Shown one piece after another: positions 26,701 to 37,523 of a DNA stretch of 64,000 bases (position 1 is its first letter; each line of letters begins with the position of its first letter). Below the pieces are notes generated by a model. That model saw nothing but the letters and a program-made list of their open reading frames with translations, ran no database searches and was not told the origin of the DNA. The stretch spans positions 434,001 to 498,000 of the forward strand of contig JBPGPT010000003.1 in the NCBI GenBank assembly GCA_051047955.1, read 5' to 3'. The position numbers and the translations under genes are program-made. This DNA comes from Cystobasidiomycetes sp. EMM_F5. Lineage: Eukaryota.

Positions 26701-27368
26701 CAGCAGAAGAGCAATGTAAGGCTCTATTGGTTGGGGCTTGGACCGCTCTCTTCAAGCACGTCATGACTACGACAATCGTCAAGTGCGAGTCGTCAGAAGA
26801 CGCCGACCCCACTACCCCTACTCTCATGTCGGCCTCCCCGTTGCGAGGACCGCAGCTCGACTACGCCGACAAGGCCGAGCAGGTTTTGCAGACCATGCCA
26901 CCCACATCGCCGCTTTGGGCTTTGGCTGTCCTCGTCAAGGGAGTCGAGGCTATTGGGCGGAACGACGTTACTGCAGCCACAAGATACGCAATAGCCTTGG
27001 CTTCGCACGGCAGCAGGCTAACAAGCGTCAAGCAGTATCTAGCGCTCGTCAACGGTAGCTCAATGCACCTCGATGATGGCGAGTCAGCCAGTGACCTTGA
27101 TATTCTGGCCTCCGTTACTGTATCCTGGCTGGCGGTTCGTCAGGAAGCATCAACAACGCAAGACAATGCATCTGGCAGCTTGGTATCGATTGATGATAGA
27201 TTACAGGCCAACACGCTTCAAATTCGCAAATTGCTTGCTGCACAAGCTTTCAGTACATCAGACGAAGACTTTATGGACGCGCAAGAGCGCTGTGTGGAGC
27301 GACTAGTAAGCATCGGCCGAAAAGCCGCTGGCTTGGAGTCGTTAAGCGATAGTGGGTGCGAGATGTAA
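23703..27368 (+). CDS. SRE1: SREBP-type bHLH-ZIP membrane-bound transcription factor (Sre1-like), single 1221-aa ORF
   Basis: HNAVEQKYRRGIND has the SREBP-diagnostic Tyr. Helix 2 LSKQLILVAATDYIRFL with zipper, two hydrophobic segments, long C-terminal domain and Q-rich N-terminus. Confidence 0.85.
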   Translation: MDADFDFLSYLDLGQDGFSQGSGGNSHNYMDFAPGTASDDGRSLHGSTGMMSFPAAASVASSYGSPQLFQQQDAMSYHNVNGGYNGQPALARLANKMPTIAVNDADYNTALSHRRVSSYSDYIPPSITSGSLQGSLSPASAPSPPFDTSVFARQQQQLHTQPYFQQNQQLHSQQWPAPHTSQQQQLPYGNQKDANVQSFGTDSITNVNGATPSAQLQQLLLANAQLQLQLQLQQQYAQQLRPSDLSSSHAGVNMLHGLQSPPSAAESSFGSSTASSHASNAASPVHSDISSSASHDLYKYSTSMQDLPIHQVASQPSAVPAASCKDKNLCDMSLSDHYDYPAMIQQSMSAAASNMLADTMASVADVVTGPAVPPKKATLKRSYQVVKEEEEEEPSIRSKVQASSTKALVPIAAAPGISSTLTPVEEAVSNTASLKVPGGHNAVEQKYRRGINDSLIMLREIVPALHHLRAPPGVIASKRKISQFALAASATPAAPSTLVDGVIPPKKLSKQLILVAATDYIRFLASRRAELEAEVSMLRETLSECVEDANVVFGIFEKRWTDKRRAFEEDREAIYADRKIRKKGSSGDSLSESFDSRKRAKLEDGSTNKLESPDDSNAEDDDEDDDDDEDMQDDIPVVATSSALPQKGKARARAGKSAQPGAASKGRQKSGPTAAAGSMTSKGRTGPPKALMSVFAGVSFAGGAGYDMLYGASGESARAQGVSTAEAPRVWSQGLVKRSAALLATDVTQQVNQTAALHPLQTFFLERPALLSGLVMLAMSCIISYIVFYLVPATYKTLTRDNSARKRREARSVLLAASKKPEASSLQQQRKALDYLAGGPATKIMALISLPSLILSFAFSSIVGCAGLSSQSVEVDSAETERAASATRSLELCFAGASQGGSFAAMTSFFRLYNLRHSSHWPNSPDLTIKADTIMAIAAIHCFGKYGSALARRLWQRAGFIAKKDASQIQPWVAMSVQSDLAAVIGAFEASPSPSPLFAAAEEQCKALLVGAWTALFKHVMTTTIVKCESSEDADPTTPTLMSASPLRGPQLDYADKAEQVLQTMPPTSPLWALAVLVKGVEAIGRNDVTAATRYAIALASHGSRLTSVKQYLALVNGSSMHLDDGESASDLDILASVTVSWLAVRQEASTTQDNASGSLVSIDDRLQANTLQIRKLLAAQAFSTSDEDFMDAQERCVERLVSIGRKAAGLESLSDSGCEM

Positions 27369-27600
27369 TATACGCATGCTTCCAAGGTAGTCTCGATCGA
27401 ATTTCAACTGTAGCAGTAGTTATTACCTCATCAGACGTTTACAATGCCACAATCCCCGCCGGCATGCGGGATTTCTGACGCTTTGCATCTATGATATTCA
27501 GGCTGCCGCACTGCAGTTCGCCAAATTTGCTACCCTTATCCAAGAAAGCATGCAGCTTTTGATGGCCTCAGAAATGCATGATGCTGTTCACATGCAGCTA

Positions 27601-28577
27601 TTATTCACGAATTCTGATGGCAAGGCTCCTGGTGTTCGATGTATTCGGGCTCGTCAGACGCATGCGCACATGTTGCATACACATTACGTACAATGGTTTG
27701 TTGTTGGCTGCAAGATGTCCGTAGACCGGAGTGTACCCACGGTGAAGCCATTTACCAGCAATGAGCTCCAGCTCTTTGTCGTTACGATGGCATGCAATAT
27801 TGCGATAGGCGAGTGTCTCGCGCGGGTAGTGGCATGTCAGTCCGTCGTAGACGAGTTCGTTCATGACAACAGTCGAATGAAACCTTTGGATGGCCTGAGC
27901 AGGCTAAGTATTAGGTTCGTAATGTCAGTGAAATCCAGCGGGCCATGTATACAGTGTCTTACTGCGCATGAAACTGCAATCAATTCGATGCGGCTGTCTG
28001 GAACCCGGCGCAGTGCCAATTTGGTGACGGAACATATTCCTGTGTCACCAGTCACATCGTAGTAGCTTGCATCATCATCCTCATCGCGTTGCGCGACCTC
28101 CTTTTTCTTCAGAACCTTGTAATCGCCAGTCTGCTTGAGGATACGCACAACCCGCTTCAGCTTGTCCTCAGGCACATAGATGTCTAGGTCTCGCAGCGTA
28201 TGCTTGGTCCAGTTGTCGCACTCCAGCATGGCTACGATGGCCGATCCCGAGACGACACAGCCCAGTGCGCATAGGTCTCGCATCCTCTGACTGCAAGCAT
28301 GACATGTCAGCTGAAGCAGGATTCATTGAAAACAGGTGCAGGCGCACGCAGGGTTTGAAAGGAACTTGCGGAGAATGGCGGTGACTCTGCTCGAGATGAG
28401 GACATCAGCCTCCTTTCGCCACTTGGTGTCTACGCAGCGGAGCTGCAGTATCTGCAGGTTTATTGCATTCAGCCTCTGTAGCACGTTCCGCTGATATCGC
28501 TGACTGACAGATGTAGTGTCTAGTCGTAATAGAATGCCACGAGCGATGTTGGAGCATGCGATGAGATCCTGGAACAT
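27601..28577 (-). CDS. Putative nucleotidyltransferase-fold protein, tandem paralog A (5 exons)
   Basis: Spliced product MFQDLIACSNIARGILLRLDTTS|ILQLRCVDTKWR...GCVVSGSAIVAML..DLDIYVP...RIELIA..|..FHSTVVMN...KWLHRGY. Confidence 0.75.
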
Positions 28578-29025
28578 CTTGCTTGTTGACTCAAAAGGAC
28601 GATGAAAGGCAGAGAGTAGAACCACACTTCACGGTTCGTGTCCAGTTCCGTGCGTTCCGTTCCGTGCAACGGTTCCGTGTAGCCTTGCATCCATCTTCTC
28701 GGAAATCGTTGACGGTCAAGGCTCGAGCACGAGCTGTATGCAGTTAGGGCGGTGCTTGCGCAAGGAAAGGAAAGGTACATCCTTGCAGGTTCATCAGGTG
28801 GGAGTCTCGTGGATTTGTAGATCATTACTGACCAAAGCGGGGCAAAACGGGCGGGGCAAACGCGAATAAACGTATTATTCACATAATGAGAAATAAATAT
28901 TCAAAGATCGGCACCTTGACATACAGCTGCAGAGCATTATGAAATGCCACTGGCAGTATCTACGTAACAGCAGAGACGATGAATTATTTCAGAAACACAG
29001 AACAGTGGCGTTTCAAGATAGCGTA

Positions 29026-30052
29026 TTAGTGATGAACTAAATGCGTGTGTATCGAAATCGGTAGCCGCCTATTTGAATACGAGGATCAGTCTGATTAGCA
29101 GGCAGCGGTGAGATAAGACAGAAAACATACAAAGCCGAATATGCTGATATACGTCTGCGCTGCTCAAGCAAGTGGTACGGGATATCAGGCATTGCACGGT
29201 AGCCTCGCTGTATCCATTTGCCAGCAATAAGTTCTCTTCCCTTTGGATCGGTTTTATTGGCCACGTTGCGGTATGACAGGGTGAGACGGGGAAAGCGACA
29301 CGTAATTGAGTCATGGACGAGCTCGTTCATGACCACAGTCGAATGGAAGCAGCTGATAGCTTCGGTTGGCTGACGGTGGCCAATAGCCTTCAGCTATAGC
29401 ACTGTAGACGTTTGTTGGCGTTGCCTCACCGGTGTTATGGTTGCTATCAGCTCGATACGATACTTCGGGTTGCGGCGTAAGAAGAGCCGGGTGACGCTCC
29501 TAATGTCCGTAACCACGGTGCCGCTGTAGCAGTCGTAAATGTAATCGTTGTATCGGCTCATGGAGTATTTTCCATGTTGTCGGCAATCCTTCTCCATCAT
29601 GACGGTGTAATCACCGGTGCGCAACAGGATGCCGACGACATGCGTGAGCGCATCTTCAGGAACGTAAATATCGAGATCACTGGTCGTTGTCCTCGTCCAA
29701 TCATCAGCTTCCAATATGGCTACCACTGATGATCCAGATACGATGCATCCCCAATCACTGATCGTTCTCATAGTCTGCCTGTAGAGCCATGAGCCTGTTT
29801 GCTGGAAAATAAAGCTTGCAGACGCACGACGGATCCGAGAGAAACTGTCCCAGGACGGATGTGGCTCTACTCGATACGAGAGTGTTGACTTGGTTCCTCC
29901 ACTCAGTGTTTACATTTCGGATCTGCATCAGCTGTGGATGCCGACTCAGAACACGGCTAATTGCGAGATTTCCGCGCACGAACAGATGCAGCGTCAAGCC
30001 GTAGTAGTATAGAGCGCGCAATAGGAGGAATGGCGACCAGATTTTGTAGCAT
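29026..30052 (-). CDS. Putative nucleotidyltransferase-fold protein, tandem paralog B (5 exons)
   Basis: Spliced product MLQNLVAIPPIARSILLRLDAAS|LMQIRNVNTEWR...GCIVSGSSVVAIL..DLDIYVP...RIELIA..|..FHSTVVMN...KWIQRGY. Confidence 0.75.
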
Positions 30053-30239
30053 GTCGAGCCAGGATGTCAGTACTGTAGTCAAGTTGATACGTAGTCAAGT
30101 TGGCGTTAGACGGATCGGAGGAAAGGCTCGTGCGATAAGGTGCAGAATGTCACAATGTAACAATGTTACAATACCGGTTGTCACTGCGTCCCAGACTGTA
30201 TAGCTTCCCGCAGCTGCTTGCCTTTGGCCGAAGCAAAGC

Positions 30240-31404
30240 ATGGCGGCTGCACCAGACCGGCGACGGTTTACTGGACCAGAGACAAGCTGGCCCATCAGAT
30301 ACGTGCGCCCTGCTGCCGATAAACCGTCAGATGTCAACGCAGAAGATAGAGCAGATGGTCGGAATTTGGATCAAATGAGACCGATTTGTGCGTTGGCGGG
30401 GAATGAGAAGAGCGCATGTTCAAGGTTGCTGAGGACACACTGCCTGCTTGCTCAGACCTCAAGACTGGCTTGGTTCCGCGAGCCAACGGGTCCGCATATA
30501 TCGAAACTGGCAAGACCAAGATCATTTGCGCAGTGTACGACCGCGCAAATCAATCGTCAACACACTTTACTGAGATCTCGTTTAACACTGTAGCTACGGC
30601 CCCCAACCTGCTCGCAAAGATGCTCCATATTCCGCCAAAGCGAAACTGAATGTCGAAGTCAAGTTCACGCCCTTCGCCAGCTTGCATAGGCGGAGAGCGC
30701 CTGGGCGGGTATGCCATCATTGCAATGTTCCCGCTGAACATGTCACTGACATCTGGACGTAGGACACGGAATCTAATGGTCTCGCGGCGCAGGTTACTCA
30801 AGCCCTGCTGCCGTCATTACGGCTGGACTTATTGCCAAAATCTGCAATCGATCTATACATCACTATCCTGGAGAATGATGGCCCCCTTGACAACATCTCC
30901 GCGTGCGCTTGATCTCCACCTGTCTCTGACCATTCCTCATGACACATGTATCAACAGGGGAATTACAGCGGCGAGTGTGGCCTTAGCGGAAGCTGGGGTA
31001 CAGATGTATGGTATTGTGGTCGGCTGCAGTGGAGTAGGGCCGTTTTAATAGGCCTTCTCCGGCTACAATGCTGATATGTTCGTACCCAGAATCTGGTGAT
31101 CAGAGGTGACAAGCAACAACTTCTGATCGACGCGACTCATGAAGAATCTTTACGTTCTCATGGTCTGGTCAGCGTAGCATGTATGCCCGCGCTTTCCAGC
31201 ACGACAACCTTGTCTATCAGTGGGAAGCTCTCAGCACAAATGGCAAAGGAGGTGAGGACTATCACTCTGTGATTCAACAGAAGCTATCGCTAAGGCGAAT
31301 ACGGACAGACTCTGAAACAGCTGCAGAATGAAGCTGTAAAAGTGCACTCTGTGGCGGCGCGTGCGCTGCTTGAGGGCAAGAAGGTACCGGTCACGATTGC
31401 GTAG
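30240..31404 (+). CDS. MTR3: Exosome RNase PH-domain subunit Mtr3/EXOSC6-like
   Basis: DRRRFTGP, RADGR, LKTGLVPRANGSAYIE..KIICAVYGP, LLPKSAIDLYITILEND and GITAASVALAEAGVQMY. Confidence 0.82.
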
Positions 31405-31706
31405 TTTGTCATTGAAGGAGAAGCCCGCGGATGTGAATTTGTGTTGTTGTAGTATCATACCCGTCAGACACGCTCGTCAAGGAAAAATGCATTTGAAAGC
31501 GATATGGTCTTCAGCACTAGCATCTACAACGTCAGAAGGCGCCATGTTCAATGAAAGTCTCTGAAGAAAAAATGGAAGAACGTGTACGAGCTTTTGCAAA
31601 GCGTATGACGAAGAGACGTAAGGGCGACTATGCACGAGATAAAGGTCTTACTTGCCCTATCGACGATGAGATGCCGCAAGGCAGTCAACAGGACAGGCCA
31701 CTAGGG

Positions 31707-34658
31707 TTATTGCTTGAGCGGAGTAGAGTTGGTCGGTTCCGCCGTGTACTTGATAGCCTTGAGGAACGGATCTTCGAGAACGGCATCCATATTCAATCGC
31801 GTTTTCGGGCTAGGATCCAACATCTTTCGAATGATGGCTCTGCATTCCCTTGGATGTAGATTGCCCAGCGGAGGAGGTGAGCTTGAAGCAGGATAAGCTT
31901 GTAGATAATCATGGAAGGAAGGATCGGAAGCTTTCGCTACTCTCCAAGGCAATTCTTGTGCTTGCATGCAGTAAAAGACGACTGCTACGGCCCACACATC
32001 GACGAGTCGAGCATCGTACTCTGAAAAAAAACAAAACGAAATTAGCGTTATGTGCACATTAGCGTACTGTGCTTGCACGCACCTTTCTGCTCGAATTGCT
32101 CTGGCGCAATATATGGTTCTGATCCGCATAGGCCTTTCGACATGTGCGTCTGCTTTTCCCAACACATGCGGAAAACATCAGAGACGCCAAAGTCTGTAAT
32201 CTTGACGTGACCCTGGTTGTCCAGCAAAAGATTCTCCGGCTTGATGTCTCTGTGAGCTACGCCCATCGAGTGGAGATACGCGACACCAGTAATGATTTGT
32301 TTGAAGTATAAATTCATGGTGTCGTTGTCCATGTCGCCCTTCTTGATGGCAGCGTACAAATCGCCGCCAGGACAATACTCCATGACTTCGCACCAATGCT
32401 TCTCCTCGTTCTGTACGAGGTCGACCGTCTCGACGACATTGATGTGATGTAACGTTGACGAGATACAAAACTCTGATGTGAGTTTCTTGACATATTCCTT
32501 CTCAGTCTCGTTCTTTCTTCGTTTCCGGAACTCCTTGACGGCATACAGTTTCTCCGTTGACCGATCCCACTTGTGAGCGAGCTTGACTACAGCTGTAGCT
32601 CCCTTTCCGATTGCCGTCTTTTCGCAAACACCGTACTTTTGCAATAAGGAAGTGGAGGCATTGGATTGTCCACCCACACTTGGGGCGCGCTTGATTCCCG
32701 GATGCTGAGGAACTCCGCCAGGCGTAGGATGATCACTTTTCTCTGACCGTCCATCGTCCGATCGCCTGCTTGTCTGCGAAGGTTTCCGACCAAGTTTACT
32801 GACCGAGCCAAGCGCAGCGAGCTGCTCCTTAAAGCTCTTCTCACGATGAGGCGGTGCACCTCCTTCTGCTGGAGTATGCGTTCCACTACCACTTCCGCCA
32901 TGCTGAGCCGTCGAGCCATGCTTGTCCTTGAATGAATCCAGAATCGACGTACTCTGGCTGCCACTGCGCGCCGAAGGGCGAACACCAGTCGCGCTCGAGT
33001 CTGATGCATGTCGTGTAGGATCAGCCGTGCCAGGTCGTGAGATGGGTCCAAGGGAGCTCATGTCAGGCGTCGAGCCTCTCGAAGCAGCAGTGGAGGAAAC
33101 ACCAGCAGCTGCTAAAGAAGGAGGCATGAGCCCGGTCGAGCTGCCATTGTGATGATGCAGAGTAGTTTGCGAGCCATTCGGTGAGGGGACATTAGAATCT
33201 ACGACTGTAGAGGTAGATCTGCTTGCATCGCGAGCCATTGCTACGAGGGTCGGGTCTGGCTTTTCGAGCTTTTTATTGCTAGTTCTCCGACCTAGGAAAC
33301 TCGAGAAACCGTGCGCCTTTTCCTCTTTATTCTCCCTGTTGGTGATTGACGTCGATCTGGCACGATTGTTTGTCGTAGAGGTAGAGACTGAAGTGGCAGG
33401 GTGTGACGAATCAGACTCTGCTCCGCTCGCATAAGGAGTGCTATTGCTCGTTGAGCTGTATCCACGGTTGCGTCCTGCGTTGCTCGTAGATCTGCTACGC
33501 GAATCGTTGGCTGCCACTTCTCCGGGCGACGTCTGGTGATGATCTCGATCCTTCTGCTCCTTTTCTTTACCATGATGAAACAGTTTGCCAAACATGGACT
33601 TTTTGTGCTCTGGCGCAACGGGACGTGCTGGCGTAGACTGCCCACTGCTGTGCGCTGGTGTTCCTGTACTACTTTTCTGGCGAGCCGGAGATACCGAGGT
33701 GCCCCTGCCTGACTGTCCCGCCAAGGGAGGTTCCAAGCGAGCGGAGGGCAGAGTACTTGCAGACGCTGAAGACGCAGCAGCGGGCATGGCAACTGCTGCT
33801 ACAACAGAAGCAGCCGTAGCTGCGGCCGCACTCGTTGTATCTGAAGCGTGCGCGCCCGCTTGTCCGCGAGTGGACGGTACAATCACCACATCGTCGAGAT
33901 CCATGTGCTGCATCGAGGTTGCCAGATTAGTCTGAGATACCCCGTCAATGGTTGGATATTCGTGCGCGGGCGTGTGGACGCCGGTCGAAGCGGGAGTGAC
34001 GCTCGGCGAACGGGATATGTCCCGTTCATCGTCTGCCTCTTCGGCGACCGGGGATGGCAGCCAGTCTGTGATAGTCGTCGCAGCAGTATCCAACATGCAC
34101 AGACATGCAACAGAGAGGATATGCGTGGTCGAAGCATCGATGGGTATTTTTGGACAAGGGCAACCACGTCAGAACCGTTTGCAGACTCGGGTAAAACAGC
34201 TTGCCTGGAGAAAGATTTGCATTTGTAGACTCTGTAAATTGCGGGACACTGCTGTTTGGAGTAAACACGCTGCTCGGCGTTGCAGGAGTCCCAGCTGGAC
34301 GAGCGCTCTCGTTTCCAGTGGCGGAGGTAAAGTAGGACGAGCCAGCGTTTTGGGGCCGAGCTGGGCGTTGCTGGCCGTGCTGCTGAGTCTGGCTGATGGC
34401 TGCAGTCACTGCGGCTGCCGTATCGGTCGCAGAAGCTCCAGCAGTGCCATATCCCGGCTCTGGGGTCGGGGGCATCGTGTGAGTCTCCCCGTCGCTCCCA
34501 ATCACACGCGAGTCGTCGTGCTCGCCAGCGACAATGTTGGCTCCGGTACCCTGCTGGGGAAGGTAGACGGGGTAGGCCGCCTCTCGCAGCAGCTCCTTGG
34601 AAGACTCGCCGGTGCTCGAGCGAGACTCGCCAGTCCTGGTCGTGGTCGAGGACGACAT
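31707..34658 (-). CDS. HRK1: HAL/Npr-family Ser/Thr kinase (Hrk1/Oca2-like) with long disordered N-terminus
   Basis: IGKGATAVV, YAVKEFRKRRKNETEKEYVKKLTSEFCISSTLHH, HRDIKPEN, DFG and GLCGSEPYIAPE. Confidence 0.9.
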
Positions 34659-35058
34659 GGCTCGCGGTATAGTCGAATGGTGCTTGGGTGTCCTGGCTGC
34701 TGCGGTGCGGGCTGTGAGCTCCAGCAGCCCCTCGACGGGTTACTGCGCGCGCTTCCCTGCCTGAGCCCTGCGTTTGCCGTTTGTGTGTCTGCCGCCAAAA
34801 GCCTTCAAAGGCGGTCTCGGATCCCGAGCATTACAAATTGGAATATGAAATAGATTTGTAAGCAATTGTTGGGTTAAATGTTCGGGAAGCCTGCTTCAAA
34901 GATTGCCAGCACAGCCTAGACTTTGACGACTGGCTGATGAAGCTCTCTACTGTGCTCAACAGGTTGGACTCGCAATCCACAACAACATGCTTCATCTCGA
35001 CAAATCTCGGTGCCTGTGCCGTAAAACGACCGCATACGGCTACATGCTACTCACACAC

Positions 35059-37347
35059 TCACAACAGCTTGGATGTGACAAAGAACGATTCGAGCTTGGC
35101 TTGCAGTCCAGCTCCGTCCATCTTGAGATACTTTGATGGGTCTGAAAAAGTACACCATGTATTTGTCAGTCTCTGACAGAGAAAATGCTTCTCATATAAC
35201 CCACTCTTGGAAAAGTTTTCATGCCGCTTGATGAAGGCTGCGTATGTCGGGACGCACATCCTGATGACTTCATCCTTGACCCTCTCTCTCAGAGCGTCCT
35301 CATTCTTGTCGAGCCGTGCAACACGGTGTATATTCTCAATCTCGTCTAGTGCATCGTTGAAGCGGATGTAGCGATCCTTGACGTCCTGCTTTTCCGTGTT
35401 ACCGATACCGACTGCCGATTTGAGTTTTGAGTGCTCGACGCCCGCGTCCATGAGGCAAGAGACTAATGGGCTGAAAATCTCTAGATACGATGATTTGGCA
35501 GATCGATTCCGCTTGTTGAGCTCGTCTTCGGTACTCGTATCACCACCGCCACTGTTTCCGTACCCTCCGCCAGTAGCGGTACTAGAGCTATCACGTCGGG
35601 AGACTGCAGATCCACCAGACAGCAGGTCCGGGATGTTGCTGTTCATCATGACTTCGCGTCGAATAAAGGAGATGTTGTTGAGCATAAAGATGGCTGCTAT
35701 TCCTGCAGCTTGCCGACCAGCCGGTGGCACGTTGTGATCCCTTCGTACTTGGGAAACACCAAGATTGCCTCGTCCAGTCATCGCTCCAGCTCGCGCATCG
35801 AGCGCAGTTAGTAAGATGTGAATGACATCGGCTGGTGATACGGTATCAGCAGAGATCAAGTGACCATAATATATTGCAAGCTCACTGAGGTATCGCGGAA
35901 CTAGTGTCAAGGCTCCAGTCTCCAGATCTCGAGGGTTCAACGGACCAGCTTTGCTTGCTACACCGATAGGCAACCACTTTCCATCACCAAGAGCGTGAAG
36001 AAAAGACTCGACAACGTCGGGAAATTCTGCAATCTGCTTTGCGAAGTTGACGACCGTGACTGTGACGGGGTTGACGCTCGACTGAGTCATTTCGTGAGGT
36101 AACAATTGCTTGTTGCCGAATCCACGTGCATCTTCCATCACTTCTGGCAAACTTCGCATGCACGACCCCTTGAAAGCATGCGACAATTGTAGTAACTCGT
36201 TGTCTTTTCGGGATGCCTTGACGCGCACCCAGTCTTCAAAGACATCCAGCCTCGACGGCTCAGTCATCTCGGCGAACAGTATCAAGGCAATGCCGACAGA
36301 CGCAGCATTAGTCGTCAGCGTCTTTCGGACGATTCCGTTGATTGTGGTGCCGATGGCATTGAGGATGGTGAGGAGGGCCGGGACAATATGACGATAGACT
36401 TGGCCGGCCAGCGACTTGCCAAATATACTTCCTGCCAGACCGTGTTCTGCCTGCGTGCGCGGAGATTGTCAGTCTGTACGAGCGATGTACGGCCCTGATT
36501 GCCCCACCTTTAGCATGGCAAACATAGTATCGAGAAAACGGCCAAAGCCTCGCCGGCCTAGGTTAGGTAGTTTACCTGCTGCAGTATTTGCAGCACGGGT
36601 CTGGACTTCTATGCCTTCTACGGCTTCGCGTCCGACTTGGTTGAGTGTTGCGGCCATAAACACCCCTCGAATGTTTCCATAGGTTTGCTGTATCTCTCGG
36701 TCATAGGCACTACCGGAGCCCAGTATAGTCTGGATAAATGAAAGTATAGCTACGCTACTGTCAATGACGGCGGTCGGCATGAGAGCTGGAAAAGGTGATC
36801 TCTCATCCCAGCCATCAATCTCTGGCCAGCCCCGCTTCGGCGAGACGGACTGCACATTGTCGAGCATGGCATCCCCAAGCTTTCTGCAGCCAGTATCGAT
36901 GAGCGAGCGTATCCGCCCAAGCGTAGAGGCTTTGTTGTTCTCCGCAGTGGGGTTCATCGAGCCGGTCGCAGCGGCACTTTCCATACTCTCCTTTGCTTTC
37001 TTCAAGCGTCGCAAGCTTGCCTGATACGCAGCGATATCGTCTTTAGCATCGCGTCGTAGGATCTCCTCCTCGCGGTCGACGAGGTCATTTGTGCCAACGA
37101 CTGCGTCAATAGCCAGCAGGGCAGCTTCAATGTTTCGCTGCAGCTTGCCCAGATCTTTCGTCGACCGGTGGATGGGCACGACGTTCTTCTCCAGCCTTGC
37201 AAGTCTGTCGTCGAAGGATGTGAGCAGTCCTGCCATACGTGCCGTCACTCGTCGTGATTTCCCGAGATTCTGCTGCAGCAGCACCAGGTCCGCAGAGGCC
37301 GTTTCCTGAGCTGACGCTGCTGCGAGCGGCCCATCGCTACTGTTCAT
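35059..37347 (-). CDS. EXO70: Exocyst subunit Exo70
   Basis: ADLVLLQQNL..SFDDRLARLE..PIH, IAAIFMLNNISFI, KQDVKDRYIRFNDALDE and PSKYLK. Confidence 0.9.
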
Positions 37348-37523
37348 TGCTGACTTGAGCATCCCAAGACGCAGTCGGCTCAATCACCGGAACATGATTG
37401 TCATGGTTCTGTGCGGAGCAACAGCGTGTGGGTCGGCGAGGGCCAAAATGTACGATAGTCTTGATGGAAGAGTGCATCATTATCACTACGTCTACATACA
37501 TCTCCACCCAACACACCAAGTCA

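Noticed and set aside
33948..34853. 301-aa plus-strand ORF
   Set aside because: Antisense to the GC-rich first exon of the kinase, with no recognisable motif.
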